Below are positions 55,130 through 64,000 of a DNA stretch of 64,000 nucleotides, piece after piece (within the stretch, counting starts at the first letter, position 1; every line of letters starts with the position of its first letter). The notes under the pieces were generated by a model. It was not told the DNA's origin and did not search any database. It worked only from the letters and a program-made list of their open reading frames with translations. Source of the DNA: a virus (Duplodnaviria > Caudoviricetes); IMG/VR virus record IMGVR_UViG_2791354873_000003, positions 9,743-73,742 of that record; one strand, given 5' to 3'. The position numbers and the translations under genes are program-made.

Positions 55130-55299
55130 GGCATCATCCTTAACGGGTGATAGCGGAAAAAGAGGGGTGGCAGGGAAGATAGTGAGTCTAAGCGTGGCAC
55201 ATCGGTAGGGTGGCCGAACGAGCAGCGCCTGGAGCGTGGTTTTGACGAGGCCAATTGTAACGTATGGCTCATCCACTGTATTTGACCTGACGTGACCTG

Positions 55300-55716
55300 A
55301 TGAAAAATTATCGATATCTGCTCATGGCCACTGTCGTGCTTTCGAGCTGCACTGCGCAACCTGTACGGCCGGTTATGGGTGAGGCTCAGTACAAGGGTTT
55401 TGCGCTGTCATCCATTACAGGTGAGCAGTGCGCGCTCACTGGGATGCTGGATGTCGACCTGGCCGCCGCCAATAGTGTGATGCTCGAGGCGCGAGCTGCG
55501 GCGTTCGAGTATGACCCAGCAAGGATGGAAATTGAGCGTCGGCAAGCCGCTATCGACCTGCAGCGTGGGCATGGCGTGACTGAGCCTGTCTGTCATGCGC
55601 TTGCTTATGAGGTATTGAGAGCGCTGGCGGTGCGCAGGATCGAAGATCAGTCAGCGCTGCAGCACAAGCGCATGACCTTGCAGGCAATGAAGCAGGCGCG
55701 CGGTGTTCTTCCCTGA
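55300..55716 (+). CDS. Lipoprotein of unknown function
   Basis: MKNYRYLLMATVVLSS-C lipobox. Confidence 0.7.
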   Translation: MKNYRYLLMATVVLSSCTAQPVRPVMGEAQYKGFALSSITGEQCALTGMLDVDLAAANSVMLEARAAAFEYDPARMEIERRQAAIDLQRGHGVTEPVCHALAYEVLRALAVRRIEDQSALQHKRMTLQAMKQARGVLP

Positions 55717-55862
55717 CCTACTGATAACCGGGACATAGTAGCTGATGGCCGCAATTTTCCGGCACACGTCAATTCATGCGGATACAAGGCGCGATGAATC
55801 AGAACGACGACAGCGACTGCGATCGTTAGAGTGCAGCACAGGTGGTGATAAACGTGCAGGCC

Positions 55863-56033
55863 ATGCTTAGGCGGTTTCAGAGATGGTTTACACCAGCGCG
55901 CAAACGATGGGCGGGGGGGGCATTGATCGTTATCGCGTTGGTGGGTATGGCGATGAATCCCGCGAGCAGGTGGCCTTGGGTGTTGGCGACAGGCGTGATA
56001 TGGCTGCTCGCGGCCTGGTTACCCAGAAGATGA
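55863..56033 (+). CDS. Small two-TM protein
   Basis: MLRRFQRWFTPARKRWAGGALIVIALVGM...WVLATGVIWLLAAW. Confidence 0.6.
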   Translation: MLRRFQRWFTPARKRWAGGALIVIALVGMAMNPASRWPWVLATGVIWLLAAWLPRR

Positions 56034-56266
56034 CAGATCGTTAGTCGCAACTGCTGGTGCTCGATCCGCTGTCGCTAGCGTGGCTGTCCCCGATAGGGCG
56101 CTATTGCTGGCGTGATGGCAGTCGTAGTGTAACCGTCCGGCAACCACATCTTCCCCGCACGACTGCTGAAGGCCATGGAGCCCCCTAAGTTTGAGTGGAC
56201 ACCATTTCTGGTCCATCAAGCGGATTTCCTATGCAGCCTCGTTTTCTGGGCTCGTGGAATGGCTAG

Positions 56267-56629
56267 TTGGTCTGCGATGACTTTGCAGGTTACAACGCCA
56301 GCTTCGTACAGGGCTTGTTCGACATTGGCTGTATGGCCCATGCCCGTCGCAAATTCTTTGACCTGTTCGCTTCGAATGTGCCCATCCATAACAATCAGGG
56401 GGGAAATGAGATTCGCCCATGGGCCCTCGGTCGTTCGAACTGGCTCCTTGCCAGGTCGTTACGCAGCGGTAAACGGGCAGCGGCGATCATGAGCCTGATC
56501 CAGTCAGCACGGTTGAATGGACATGATCCATACGCCTACCTGAAAGACGTCCCTAGTCGTCTGCCAACCCAAAGGGTAAGCGAGTTTCCTGATCTGCTTG
56601 CGCATACGTGGGCGCCTGAAGCGAGATGA
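56267..56629 (+). pseudogene. IS66-family transposase (TnpC) remnant with internal deletion
   Basis: CDDFAGY, GCMAHARRKFFDL joined directly to PIHNNQGGNEIRPWALGRSNW...MSLIQSARLNGHDPYAYLKDV. Confidence 0.9.
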
Positions 56630-56697
56630 GCCGCTTCCAATTGCGGCTACATATCTGTAAATTCGCATATGCGTAGAATCGAATATAAAGGTTGGTC

Positions 56698-57048
56698 ATG
56701 CTCATTCAGCCGCCTATTTTCTTTAAATGCCTTGGTGACGAAACCCGCGCCCGGATCATGCTCATGCTCGCAGCTGAGGGTGAGCTGTGCGTCTGTGAAC
56801 TGATTTGGGCACTCGACGACAGCCAGCCGAAGATCTCACGCCACCTGGCTCAGCTTCGTACCTGCGGGCTGCTGGAGGATCGTCGGCAGGGCCAATGGGT
56901 TTACTACCGTCTTCATCCGGAACTGCCCCTATGGGCACTGGATGTACTTCAGGCGACGCTCGAGGCTAACCGCACTTGGCTCGGTGATGACCAAGGTCGC
57001 CTTGCTTCCATGGAAGGTCGCCCGGTACGCCAGGTTTCCTGTTGCTAA
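56698..57048 (+). CDS. arsR: Arsenite-responsive repressor
   Basis: [41 protein letters not shown]; C-terminal CC. Confidence 0.95.
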   Translation: MLIQPPIFFKCLGDETRARIMLMLAAEGELCVCELIWALDDSQPKISRHLAQLRTCGLLEDRRQGQWVYYRLHPELPLWALDVLQATLEANRTWLGDDQGRLASMEGRPVRQVSCC

Positions 57049-57067
57049 GTGTTATTGGAGACCCGAG

Positions 57068-58357
57068 ATGTTGTTGGCAGTGTCTATTTTTCTGGTAACG
57101 CTGGTACTGGTGATCTGGCAACCCCGAGGGCTTGGCGTGGGTTGGAGTGCGTCTGCCGGAGCGGTGGTCGCGTTGCTAACTGGCGTTGTTGCGCTCAGTG
57201 ATATCCCGGTGGTCTGGCACATTGTGTGGAACGCAACGGCGACGTTCATTGCGGTGATCATCATCAGCCTCCTGCTGGATGAGGCAGGCTTTTTCGAGTG
57301 GGTAGCGCTTCATGTGGCTCGTTGGGGGAGAGGCAGCGGGGCACGCCTGTTTGCACTACTGGTACTCTTGGGTGCAGCTGTCTCGGCCCTGTTTGCTAAT
57401 GATGGCGCAGCATTGATTCTGACCCCCATTGTCATCGCAATGCTTACGGCGCTGCGCTTTAGCCCGGCAGCAACCTTGGCTTTCGTGATGGCTGCCGGCT
57501 TCATTGCCGACACTGCCAGCTTGCCGCTGGTTGTCTCGAACCTTGTGAACATCGTCTCTGCCGATTTTTTCGACATCGGATTTGGTCAGTACGCCTCGAT
57601 TATGTGGCCGGTGAATCTGGCCAGTGTCGGGGCGACGCTAGGCATGCTTTGGTTGTTTTATCGAAAAGAGGTACCGCTGGCGTACTCACCCGAAGAACTA
57701 CCGCGACCAGAAGAGGCCATCAAGGATCGCCATACGTTCATTGCTGGCTGGTGGGTGTTGCTGCATCTGCTAGTCGGTTTGTTCGCCCTTGAGCCCCTAG
57801 GCATACCGATCAGTGCTGTCGCCGCTGTATGCGCACTGGTGTTGCTGATAATTGCCGCGAAAGGGCATGTGATCTCGACCCGCAAAGTCATGCTCAACGC
57901 ACCCTGGCAGGTCGTATTGTTTTCACTTGGCATGTATCTGGTGATCTACGGCCTGAAGAATGCAGGGCTGACAGAAGGACTCGGCTCATTGTTCGGCACC
58001 TTCGCCGATCATGGTCTGTGGGTTGCGACACTCGGCACCGGTTTCACGGCTGCGCTGCTGTCATCTGTCATGAACAACATGCCCAGCGTGCTGATTGGTG
58101 CCTTGTCGATTCAGGACAGTGGCGCGACGGGGCTCGCCCACGAAGCCATGGTGTACGCCAACATCATCGGCTGCGACCTTGGCCCCAAGATAACCCCCAT
58201 CGGTAGTCTGGCGACGCTGCTGTGGCTGCATGTCCTGGCTCAGAAAAACATCCGCATCACTTGGGGTTACTACTTCAAGGTTGGCTGCGTAATCACTTTC
58301 CCCATTCTGCTGCTGACACTGGCAGCGCTTGCCGTGCGCTTGAGCATCAGCAGGTAG
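57068..58357 (+). CDS. arsB: Arsenite efflux pump
   Basis: [63 protein letters not shown]. Confidence 0.97.
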   Translation: MLLAVSIFLVTLVLVIWQPRGLGVGWSASAGAVVALLTGVVALSDIPVVWHIVWNATATFIAVIIISLLLDEAGFFEWVALHVARWGRGSGARLFALLVLLGAAVSALFANDGAALILTPIVIAMLTALRFSPAATLAFVMAAGFIADTASLPLVVSNLVNIVSADFFDIGFGQYASIMWPVNLASVGATLGMLWLFYRKEVPLAYSPEELPRPEEAIKDRHTFIAGWWVLLHLLVGLFALEPLGIPISAVAAVCALVLLIIAAKGHVISTRKVMLNAPWQVVLFSLGMYLVIYGLKNAGLTEGLGSLFGTFADHGLWVATLGTGFTAALLSSVMNNMPSVLIGALSIQDSGATGLAHEAMVYANIIGCDLGPKITPIGSLATLLWLHVLAQKNIRITWGYYFKVGCVITFPILLLTLAALAVRLSISR

Positions 58358-58366
58358 GAGTAACTT

Positions 58367-58837
58367 ATGAAGATGCTGTTCATGTGTACGGCCAATAGCT
58401 GTCGCAGCGTCCTGTCCGAAGGACTGTTCAACCATGTTGCGCCGGACGGCTTCACGGCCATCAGTTCGGGCAGCCTCCCCAGCGGCAAACTAAATCCCCG
58501 TGCGGTGAGCACGCTGCAAGGACTGGGTGTCGACACGTCCGCCCTTTATAGCAAGGGATCAGAAGCGTTCGCGGACTCGCCACCCGATATCGTGATCACT
58601 GTGTGCGACAAGGCAAGTAGCGAAGCCTGTCCGGTGTATTTTGGCCCGGCCATCAAGAGCCACTGGGGGCTGCCTGACCCATCGGAAGTGGATGGCAGCG
58701 ACGAGGCTATTCAGGTCGCATTCGACGCAACGGTTGAACACATCAAAAGGCGGTTCGCAGCGTTATTCGCGTTGGATCTGAAGACACTTCAAGGCGACGA
58801 CCTGAAGCAGGCTTTGGATCGGATTGGAGCATTGTGA
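58367..58837 (+). CDS. arsC: Arsenate reductase (LMW-PTPase / thioredoxin type)
   Basis: [11 protein letters not shown]-loop; ITVCD...CP; HWGLPDP. Confidence 0.93.
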   Translation: MKMLFMCTANSCRSVLSEGLFNHVAPDGFTAISSGSLPSGKLNPRAVSTLQGLGVDTSALYSKGSEAFADSPPDIVITVCDKASSEACPVYFGPAIKSHWGLPDPSEVDGSDEAIQVAFDATVEHIKRRFAALFALDLKTLQGDDLKQALDRIGAL

Positions 58838-59571
58838 TGAACGAGTTCGATATCGACTCTGCCGAGGCCTTTCCTGCCCTCGATCTGTTGCTGATGGATC
58901 TGCCCACTGCCGATAAGCTTAACCTGGCTGATGCGTCGAACGTCAAACCACGCATCCTTCTGCTCTATGGATCGACCAGAGAGCGTTCGTTCAGTCGTCT
59001 CTTGACGCAAGAGGCCGCTAGACTGCTCCAGTACATGGGCGCCGAGACGGTGATTTTCGATCCGTCAGGTTTGCCCTTGCCGGATGACGCGCCAGTCGAA
59101 CACCCGAAGGTACAAGAGCTGCGTAATCTGGTGCTGTGGTCAGACGGACAGGTATGGTGTTCCCCCGAGCGTCATGGCGCTATGTCCGGGGTATTCAAAG
59201 CGCAGATCGATTGGATTCCTTTGACCCTGGGTGCCGTGCGGCCAACCCAAGGCAAAACACTCGCGGTGATGCAGGTGTGCGGCGGGTCTCAGTCATTCAA
59301 CGCTGTGAACCAGATGCGTGTGTTAGGTCGATGGATGCGCATGCTGACCATCCCGAATCAGTCGTCCGTGCCGAAGGCGTATCTGGAGTTCGACGATGCT
59401 GGCCGAATGAAACCTTCGCCGTACTATGACCGCGTGGTCGATGTGATGGAGGAACTGGTGAAGTTCACGCTGCTGGTTCGTGGCCGTGAGGGCTATTTGG
59501 TAGATCGATATTCGGAGCGAAAAGAAAGCGCTGAAGCTCTATCGGCCAGGATAAATCAACGCTCCATCTAG
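58834..59571 (+). CDS. arsH: Arsenical resistance NADPH-dependent FMN reductase
   Basis: [58 protein letters not shown]. Confidence 0.96.
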   Translation: MMNEFDIDSAEAFPALDLLLMDLPTADKLNLADASNVKPRILLLYGSTRERSFSRLLTQEAARLLQYMGAETVIFDPSGLPLPDDAPVEHPKVQELRNLVLWSDGQVWCSPERHGAMSGVFKAQIDWIPLTLGAVRPTQGKTLAVMQVCGGSQSFNAVNQMRVLGRWMRMLTIPNQSSVPKAYLEFDDAGRMKPSPYYDRVVDVMEELVKFTLLVRGREGYLVDRYSERKESAEALSARINQRSI

Positions 59572-59810
59572 GAATCGCTTGGATGGGATGTCAGCCATTA
59601 CGCAACTTCAATTGCAACGTGTAATGGCTGGTGCGCTTACGTCGTAGCTTCGTATCGAGCAGGTTGTGGTCAGGCGCGTGGTCTCGTCGTTGTCCATGAA
59701 GGGCACGGAGGAGGGAGGGCTGATCTGGCTGGAGTCGGTTGAACGGTTGAGTTCAGCGTGCCCTGGCTTATCTGTGCGCTTGAACAAGCGGGCCAAGAAA
59801 GCAGGCATGA

Positions 59811-60002
59811 CTAGTCCTTTCTTAAAAGCCTGTTGAGCAGCCCCTCTTGGTGCACATTGTCGTAGCACCCAGGTTGATTAGGTGGCGTGGCGTCACAGGG
59901 GATATTTCGTTGATCCCAGCGACTTCCATAGGGGCTGTTGAAATAATGATTGCACCCCGTAAGCAGGGTCACCACCAGCCCGATCAGTAGACCTTTATTC
60001 AT
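59811..60002 (-). CDS. Small lipoprotein
   Basis: MNKGLLIGLVVTLLTG-C; GAGGG SD. Confidence 0.7.
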   Translation of the reverse strand: MNKGLLIGLVVTLLTGCNHYFNSPYGSRWDQRNIPCDATPPNQPGCYDNVHQEGLLNRLLRKD

Positions 60003-60254
60003 TGCACATTCAGCCCTCAAATGTCTCACGTAGTACGGTACTGGCAACTGGCAGGGCAGATTAAAGTCGAATCGGATAGGTCCGTTGACTCAGCGGTAAG
60101 TTTCGCCCCTTTACGCAGCCAGCGCGCGTCATCTCCCATCGTTCAACGTTCATCATGCCGCTGATAAACACGCTTTCTACAAGAAGCCGATCAAGCGCAT
60201 GCTCTCGAATTCTGACACCTAGTGAGATGCCTGATCGGCCACCGCCAAAGCATA

Positions 60255-60587
60255 TTAGCCATTGACCCGCACAGCCAGCAAAGCCCGTTCCTTGCTCAAC
60301 GGCTTGAGCAGGCCTGGCTGCTCTCCGATTTTCATGAACAGATAGTAGTCTCCGCGCTCGCCAAGGAGAATGCGATAGACCTGGGCAGTTCTGTCGGTGC
60401 TGGGCGAAGTCAATTTGTCCACGAGCAGTGTGTAAGTGGTGACACCCAAGGTGCTCAAGGCCTGTGCAAGTTCGGTATCGATTTTCGCTCGCCATTTCTG
60501 CATGACGTGCCGGTGCGCCATGACCGTCAGGGCGATCGCCAACAGTGGCAACACCGCAGCTGCGAAGAAGGTCAGTAACGAATTCAT
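60255..60587 (-). CDS. Hypothetical protein with N-terminal TM
   Basis: MNSLLTFFAAAVLPLLAIAL... Confidence 0.6.
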   Translation of the reverse strand: MNSLLTFFAAAVLPLLAIALTVMAHRHVMQKWRAKIDTELAQALSTLGVTTYTLLVDKLTSPSTDRTAQVYRILLGERGDYYLFMKIGEQPGLLKPLSKERALLAVRVNG

Positions 60588-60783
60588 GATTGATGCTCGC
60601 GGTAGATGTGCAGTGCGTCCAGGCATCGCTAATGGCGCCCTATCGCGACAGCCCAGCATTATGGCACCGACGTTCCCGCTCGTCTGATCGATGAGGTTCG
60701 ATGCCATATTTCGCTAGTAGCCCAAGCGGCAGGCGGCTAATGTCCCTCTTAGCGGCCATTAGACTAAAGTATTAGGAGGCGCG

Positions 60784-61083
60784 ATGCGGATACGCGGCAG
60801 TGTGTTCTGGTCCTGGGCTGACCCTACGTTGCACCATCGCGCGCACGAAGAGACATTAAGCGACAAGACGTCGATTAATGTACAGGTTCGTCTGTCCCGA
60901 AAAGGCCTCGTTCAGCTGTTCATAGGTGTCTATGCCCCTGGCGGCGTGCCTGTCTATGAGGAGGCGTTCGACGACCGCCCAAAGGAGTCCATGTCCCGGG
61001 CATTGGCCTGGGGCGTCATGAGGGCCCGCGAAGTGGCTTCTTTCAATTCCCAGAGCATCCCCAAGAGCGGTCATGGAACATGA
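60784..61083 (+). CDS. Hypothetical protein
   Basis: AGGAGG SD; WSWADPTLHHR, QLFIGVY, ESMSRALAWG. Confidence 0.75.
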   Translation: MRIRGSVFWSWADPTLHHRAHEETLSDKTSINVQVRLSRKGLVQLFIGVYAPGGVPVYEEAFDDRPKESMSRALAWGVMRAREVASFNSQSIPKSGHGT

Positions 61084-61153
61084 TGGCTGCCGATACATCT
61101 GAACTGCTGAGCGCAACAAATGCCCAACGTTTCACACGTTGAGGAGTTTGAAC

Positions 61154-61270
61154 ATGACTGAACAGCAACCTGAACCCAAAAAAGATCAGGTACCGGCTCA
61201 CGCCACCGAGGAGGAAAAAGCGCGACTCAAGGACAAGAACAAGGATGGCATTCCGCCTGGAGTCGCCTGA
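61154..61270 (+). CDS. Very small hydrophilic protein (38 aa)
   Basis: GAGGAG SD; MTEQQPEPKKDQVPAHATEEEKARLKDKNKDGIPPGVA. Confidence 0.55.
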   Translation: MTEQQPEPKKDQVPAHATEEEKARLKDKNKDGIPPGVA

Positions 61271-61547
61271 CAGTCTTTACCGGGCATGAACTTCTGAATG
61301 CCACCGCTTATCTGATTCAGGCGCCGGGTCATTCGGCTCAGGACAGTCGTTTCTCAAGCGGAAAGTTGCGTATGTTTTCAGAGGACTTCTACGGTATCTA
61401 CCTTGTTGTGGAGGCGGTGGTGGCTTTCGTCGTGCTGGCGATCGCTGCTCATTGGAGTCAGGGTACTTGAGGGTGCGAGACGGCACGGGTCAATCCTGTG
61501 CCGTCTGCAGCTGCATCTCTGGGGATTTATTTCAGCCAACTACCCGC

Positions 61548-61844
61548 TCAACCCCTGATCATCTCCAGCCGTTCGCGGCCTGCTTCGGTAATCGCGCTCT
61601 CGCCCTCGTCACTGATGCGGTACCGTCCCGATGGCAGCTTGTGAATCGAGAACCGCACCAGCCCGCTGCGGGCAAGCGCTTGTCCGGCTTCATAACTCAT
61701 TGCATTTTCCAGATCGTAAACCTTGATCTCACCAATCTTGAAACGTGAAAACGCAATGAGTGCTGAATCGATGACGTCTTGGCTGACGGAATGAACGTGT
61801 TCCATTTGACTTCCCAGTTCGTGAGTGGCCCGGTCCATGGACAT
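61548..61844 (-). CDS. Hypothetical protein
   Basis: Start uncertain (61844, 61838 or 61805). Confidence 0.55.
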   Translation of the reverse strand: MSMDRATHELGSQMEHVHSVSQDVIDSALIAFSRFKIGEIKVYDLENAMSYEAGQALARSGLVRFSIHKLPSGRYRISDEGESAITEAGRERLEMIRG

Positions 61845-62094
61845 AAGCAACGGACCTTGGCAGTTCGTCGAAAGGCGAACGCTACTACGCTTGGTACGAG
61901 ACGTGTACTGGGTTTGCATCCACGCTGGATGCAAACCCAGCGACATGACCGCGGCACTGGGAGTGCCCGATGCTTTTCCCCACGACAGCTAACTGAATAC
62001 TGAAGTAGCAGCCAAGCGCGTAGAGGCGTCATGAGCACTTTGCTTTTGACGCACTCAACCGCAATACTTCGCGTATTCAATCGGAGGAAAGTGC

Positions 62095-62430
62095 GTGGAA
62101 ACAAGAAGTGCTGTAGCTGAAATGTTCATTGGCATCCCAACACATTTCTGGGTATTGCCCGTGGCAGGCCTGATCGCGTATTACGGCGTCAAATGGTCAG
62201 CCAGGCCTACACCACGCGCGCACTGGATCAAAGGGGCAGCCTACTTGCTGCTGATCGCCCTGGCCTTGATCCCGAACGCACTTTACGCGCTCATGCCGCC
62301 TGCCCCCGGTCCTGAGCAGCTCATCGACAACCACCCTGTGCCCAACTATGCCGGCCGCTTCTACCTGGACCTGTTCTACGTATTCGGCGGCTGGGCGCTG
62401 AGCAAGGTGGTCAAGCTCAGGTTTCATTGA
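62095..62430 (+). CDS. Three-TM membrane protein
   Basis: Three hydrophobic segments; GTG start after GAGGA. Confidence 0.7.
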   Translation: METRSAVAEMFIGIPTHFWVLPVAGLIAYYGVKWSARPTPRAHWIKGAAYLLLIALALIPNALYALMPPAPGPEQLIDNHPVPNYAGRFYLDLFYVFGGWALSKVVKLRFH

Positions 62431-62465
62431 GACGATCTTCGGGGGATGGGATTGTACTCAATGCG

Positions 62466-62702
62466 TCACTTGTTACGCACGGCAGGGCTAAGTGAGCGTT
62501 GCATCTTGGTTGCCACCTCCCGTAGGGCTTCGGTTACCTGTGCAAGGGCTTCAATGTGTGCGTTCACGTCGATCTGATCCGGATGAGCACCCCGCGCCTG
62601 CATGAAGCGCGCATGGCCGTTCATGGCTTTGCCAAGTTCTTCTAGATGATCTGCGGTTTTGACCAAGTCCGATTTGATGCAGTCAAGTGATTCCATGAAC
62701 AT
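62466..62702 (-). CDS. Hypothetical helical protein
   Basis: MFMESLDCIKSDLVKTADHLEELG...; start uncertain. Confidence 0.55.
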   Translation of the reverse strand: MFMESLDCIKSDLVKTADHLEELGKAMNGHARFMQARGAHPDQIDVNAHIEALAQVTEALREVATKMQRSLSPAVRNK

Positions 62703-62826
62703 GTTGACTCGATGGGCGATGCGTTCAACGTTAGCATGTTTGTCAGCCGCTGCGCTTGGCCCGGCTTCCAGCAACGGAAGGGAACGCCTGTGCCCACGCT
62801 CTTTCTGCACCTGCCTACGACCCCAA

Positions 62827-63033
62827 TCAGGAGGGTGCTTGATCTTCGGATTGCACCATTAGAACCGATCCCTGAGCGTCAGTACCCAGCAAGGCCGGGC
62901 CACTATCAACACGCGTTTCGGCAAGCGCTGTATCAGGGGAGCGAAAGATCTGCTGACGCTGCTCGGGGCTCACGAGGGTTATCAGCTTACCGTTCTGGTA
63001 AAACAACCGCGTTTGTTTAGACGACTCGTTCAT
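62827..63033 (-). pseudogene. Truncated N-terminus of an RHS-associated-core-type protein
   Basis: TRLFYQNGKLITL...QIFRSPDTALAE...LLGTDAQGSVL resembles the pre-core segment; stops before the core. Confidence 0.45.
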
Positions 63034-63150
63034 GGGCTCGGCATCCTTGGCTGAAGGGTTCGCGTGCCGGGATTGGCCTGATGACATTGCCACCCTATAC
63101 CTGCCCTTGCTACTGGCAGAACTGTCAGGCGACAACCTGCACAGCGCCGC

Positions 63151-63459
63151 CTACTCTATCAAGCGTTCCGGGTTGAAGAAAAAAGAGGCGATCAGAACTG
63201 CGGCGATAACACCACTGGCGTCAGCCAGGAACAACGACAATGAGTGACTGTTGCCTGCTGTTGCGCCCAGGCCTGTAGCAAAATTCACCCCATGCGGGAA
63301 TGCAGCGACCATCAGCAGCACGCTGGCCAGCAGGCAAGCGAGCAGCTTCATGTACAACCTGCCGAACGCCAGCCCGTAGGTCCAGAACACCAGGATGCAC
63401 ACCACGGCCAGACCGGTCGATGTTGCAAATTGTGCAAGCACTTCTAGCCACCACACCAT
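63151..63459 (-). CDS. Small multi-TM membrane protein
   Basis: Three hydrophobic segments; GGAG SD. Confidence 0.7.
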   Translation of the reverse strand: MVWWLEVLAQFATSTGLAVVCILVFWTYGLAFGRLYMKLLACLLASVLLMVAAFPHGVNFATGLGATAGNSHSLSLFLADASGVIAAVLIASFFFNPERLIE

Positions 63460-63673
63460 GTAGGACTCCAGCGAATCGCCTAATTAAATCAGTCAAGCAG
63501 TGCCCACATTTGTGTGGCTGTGCATGATTGCTCATCAGAAACAAGACAGGCTGCATTCGTTCCGCACGCCGGTAAAAAAGGGCAACCGTGATGTTTCCGG
63601 AATTCGACGATGGTCCATTCCTCCTTGGCCCTTTCACTTGCTAAAATGCCCGCGACTGATCGAGGCCAAAGAA

Positions 63674-64000
63674 ATGCCTAACTTCCTGTATGTCGTGGCG
63701 GCGCTGTGTGTAGCACTCGTGGGCTGCGCTTCACCCGGCAAGCCCACTGCAAGCAAGCTCACATCCAAAACGCCCCAGCAATATGCCGCCTGCGTTATGC
63801 CGCAATGGCAGGCCTTGGCACCCAATTCAACGCAGAAATCCATCCCCCATGGCGTACGCATGACGGCGCCTAGTGCGGTGACGACCGATGATGTGCTGGA
63901 GGTGATCGAGTCGGGGGAGGGTAGCCGCGCGACATTCTATAAAGGCAGCTTTCTGTCGGGCGACAAGCTAAGGGTGGCGGCACGCGAATGCCTTGAGTGA
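63674..64000 (+). CDS. Lipoprotein, related to those at 52670 and 53083
   Basis: MPNFLYVVAALCVALVG-C; SKTPQQYAACVMPQWQ motif. Confidence 0.8.
   Translation: MPNFLYVVAALCVALVGCASPGKPTASKLTSKTPQQYAACVMPQWQALAPNSTQKSIPHGVRMTAPSAVTTDDVLEVIESGEGSRATFYKGSFLSGDKLRVAARECLE

Overview
GC-rich Pseudomonas-type DNA. Bases 1 to about 45,000 are most of a lambdoid siphovirus prophage; its integrase end lies left of the window. Gene order: leftward early arm (ERF and small genes), pL/OL, two accessory genes behind cI, cI-OR-cro-cII, replication genes with an iteron origin, nin region, Q-like gene and late promoter, holin pair, morons, terminase, portal, head, lambda-like tail (TAC with -1 frameshift, tape measure, M, L, K, I, and a very long J with four repeated modules), endolysin and spanins, two orphan receiver domains, and a LexA-boxed umuD-like gene. 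About 45.1-53.6 kb looks like a graveyard of older prophage ends: three attachment-site-like relics (mutS 5' end, tRNA-Ser anticodon arm, ABC-F 5' end), two integrase fragments, a decayed early arm and a decayed tail-moron cassette. Apparently intact cargo survives among them, including an inverted-repeat-flanked DUF4062 gene, an LprI-like gene and several lipoproteins. About 54-64 kb holds small accessory genes, an IS66 remnant and an arsRBCH operon. Best candidates for undescribed biology: the two-gene module in the rex position behind cI, the IR-bracketed DUF4062 cassette, a repeated 12-13-12 palindrome at late-gene junctions, and the structured pL leader. All family assignments come from motif recognition by eye; no database searches were run.
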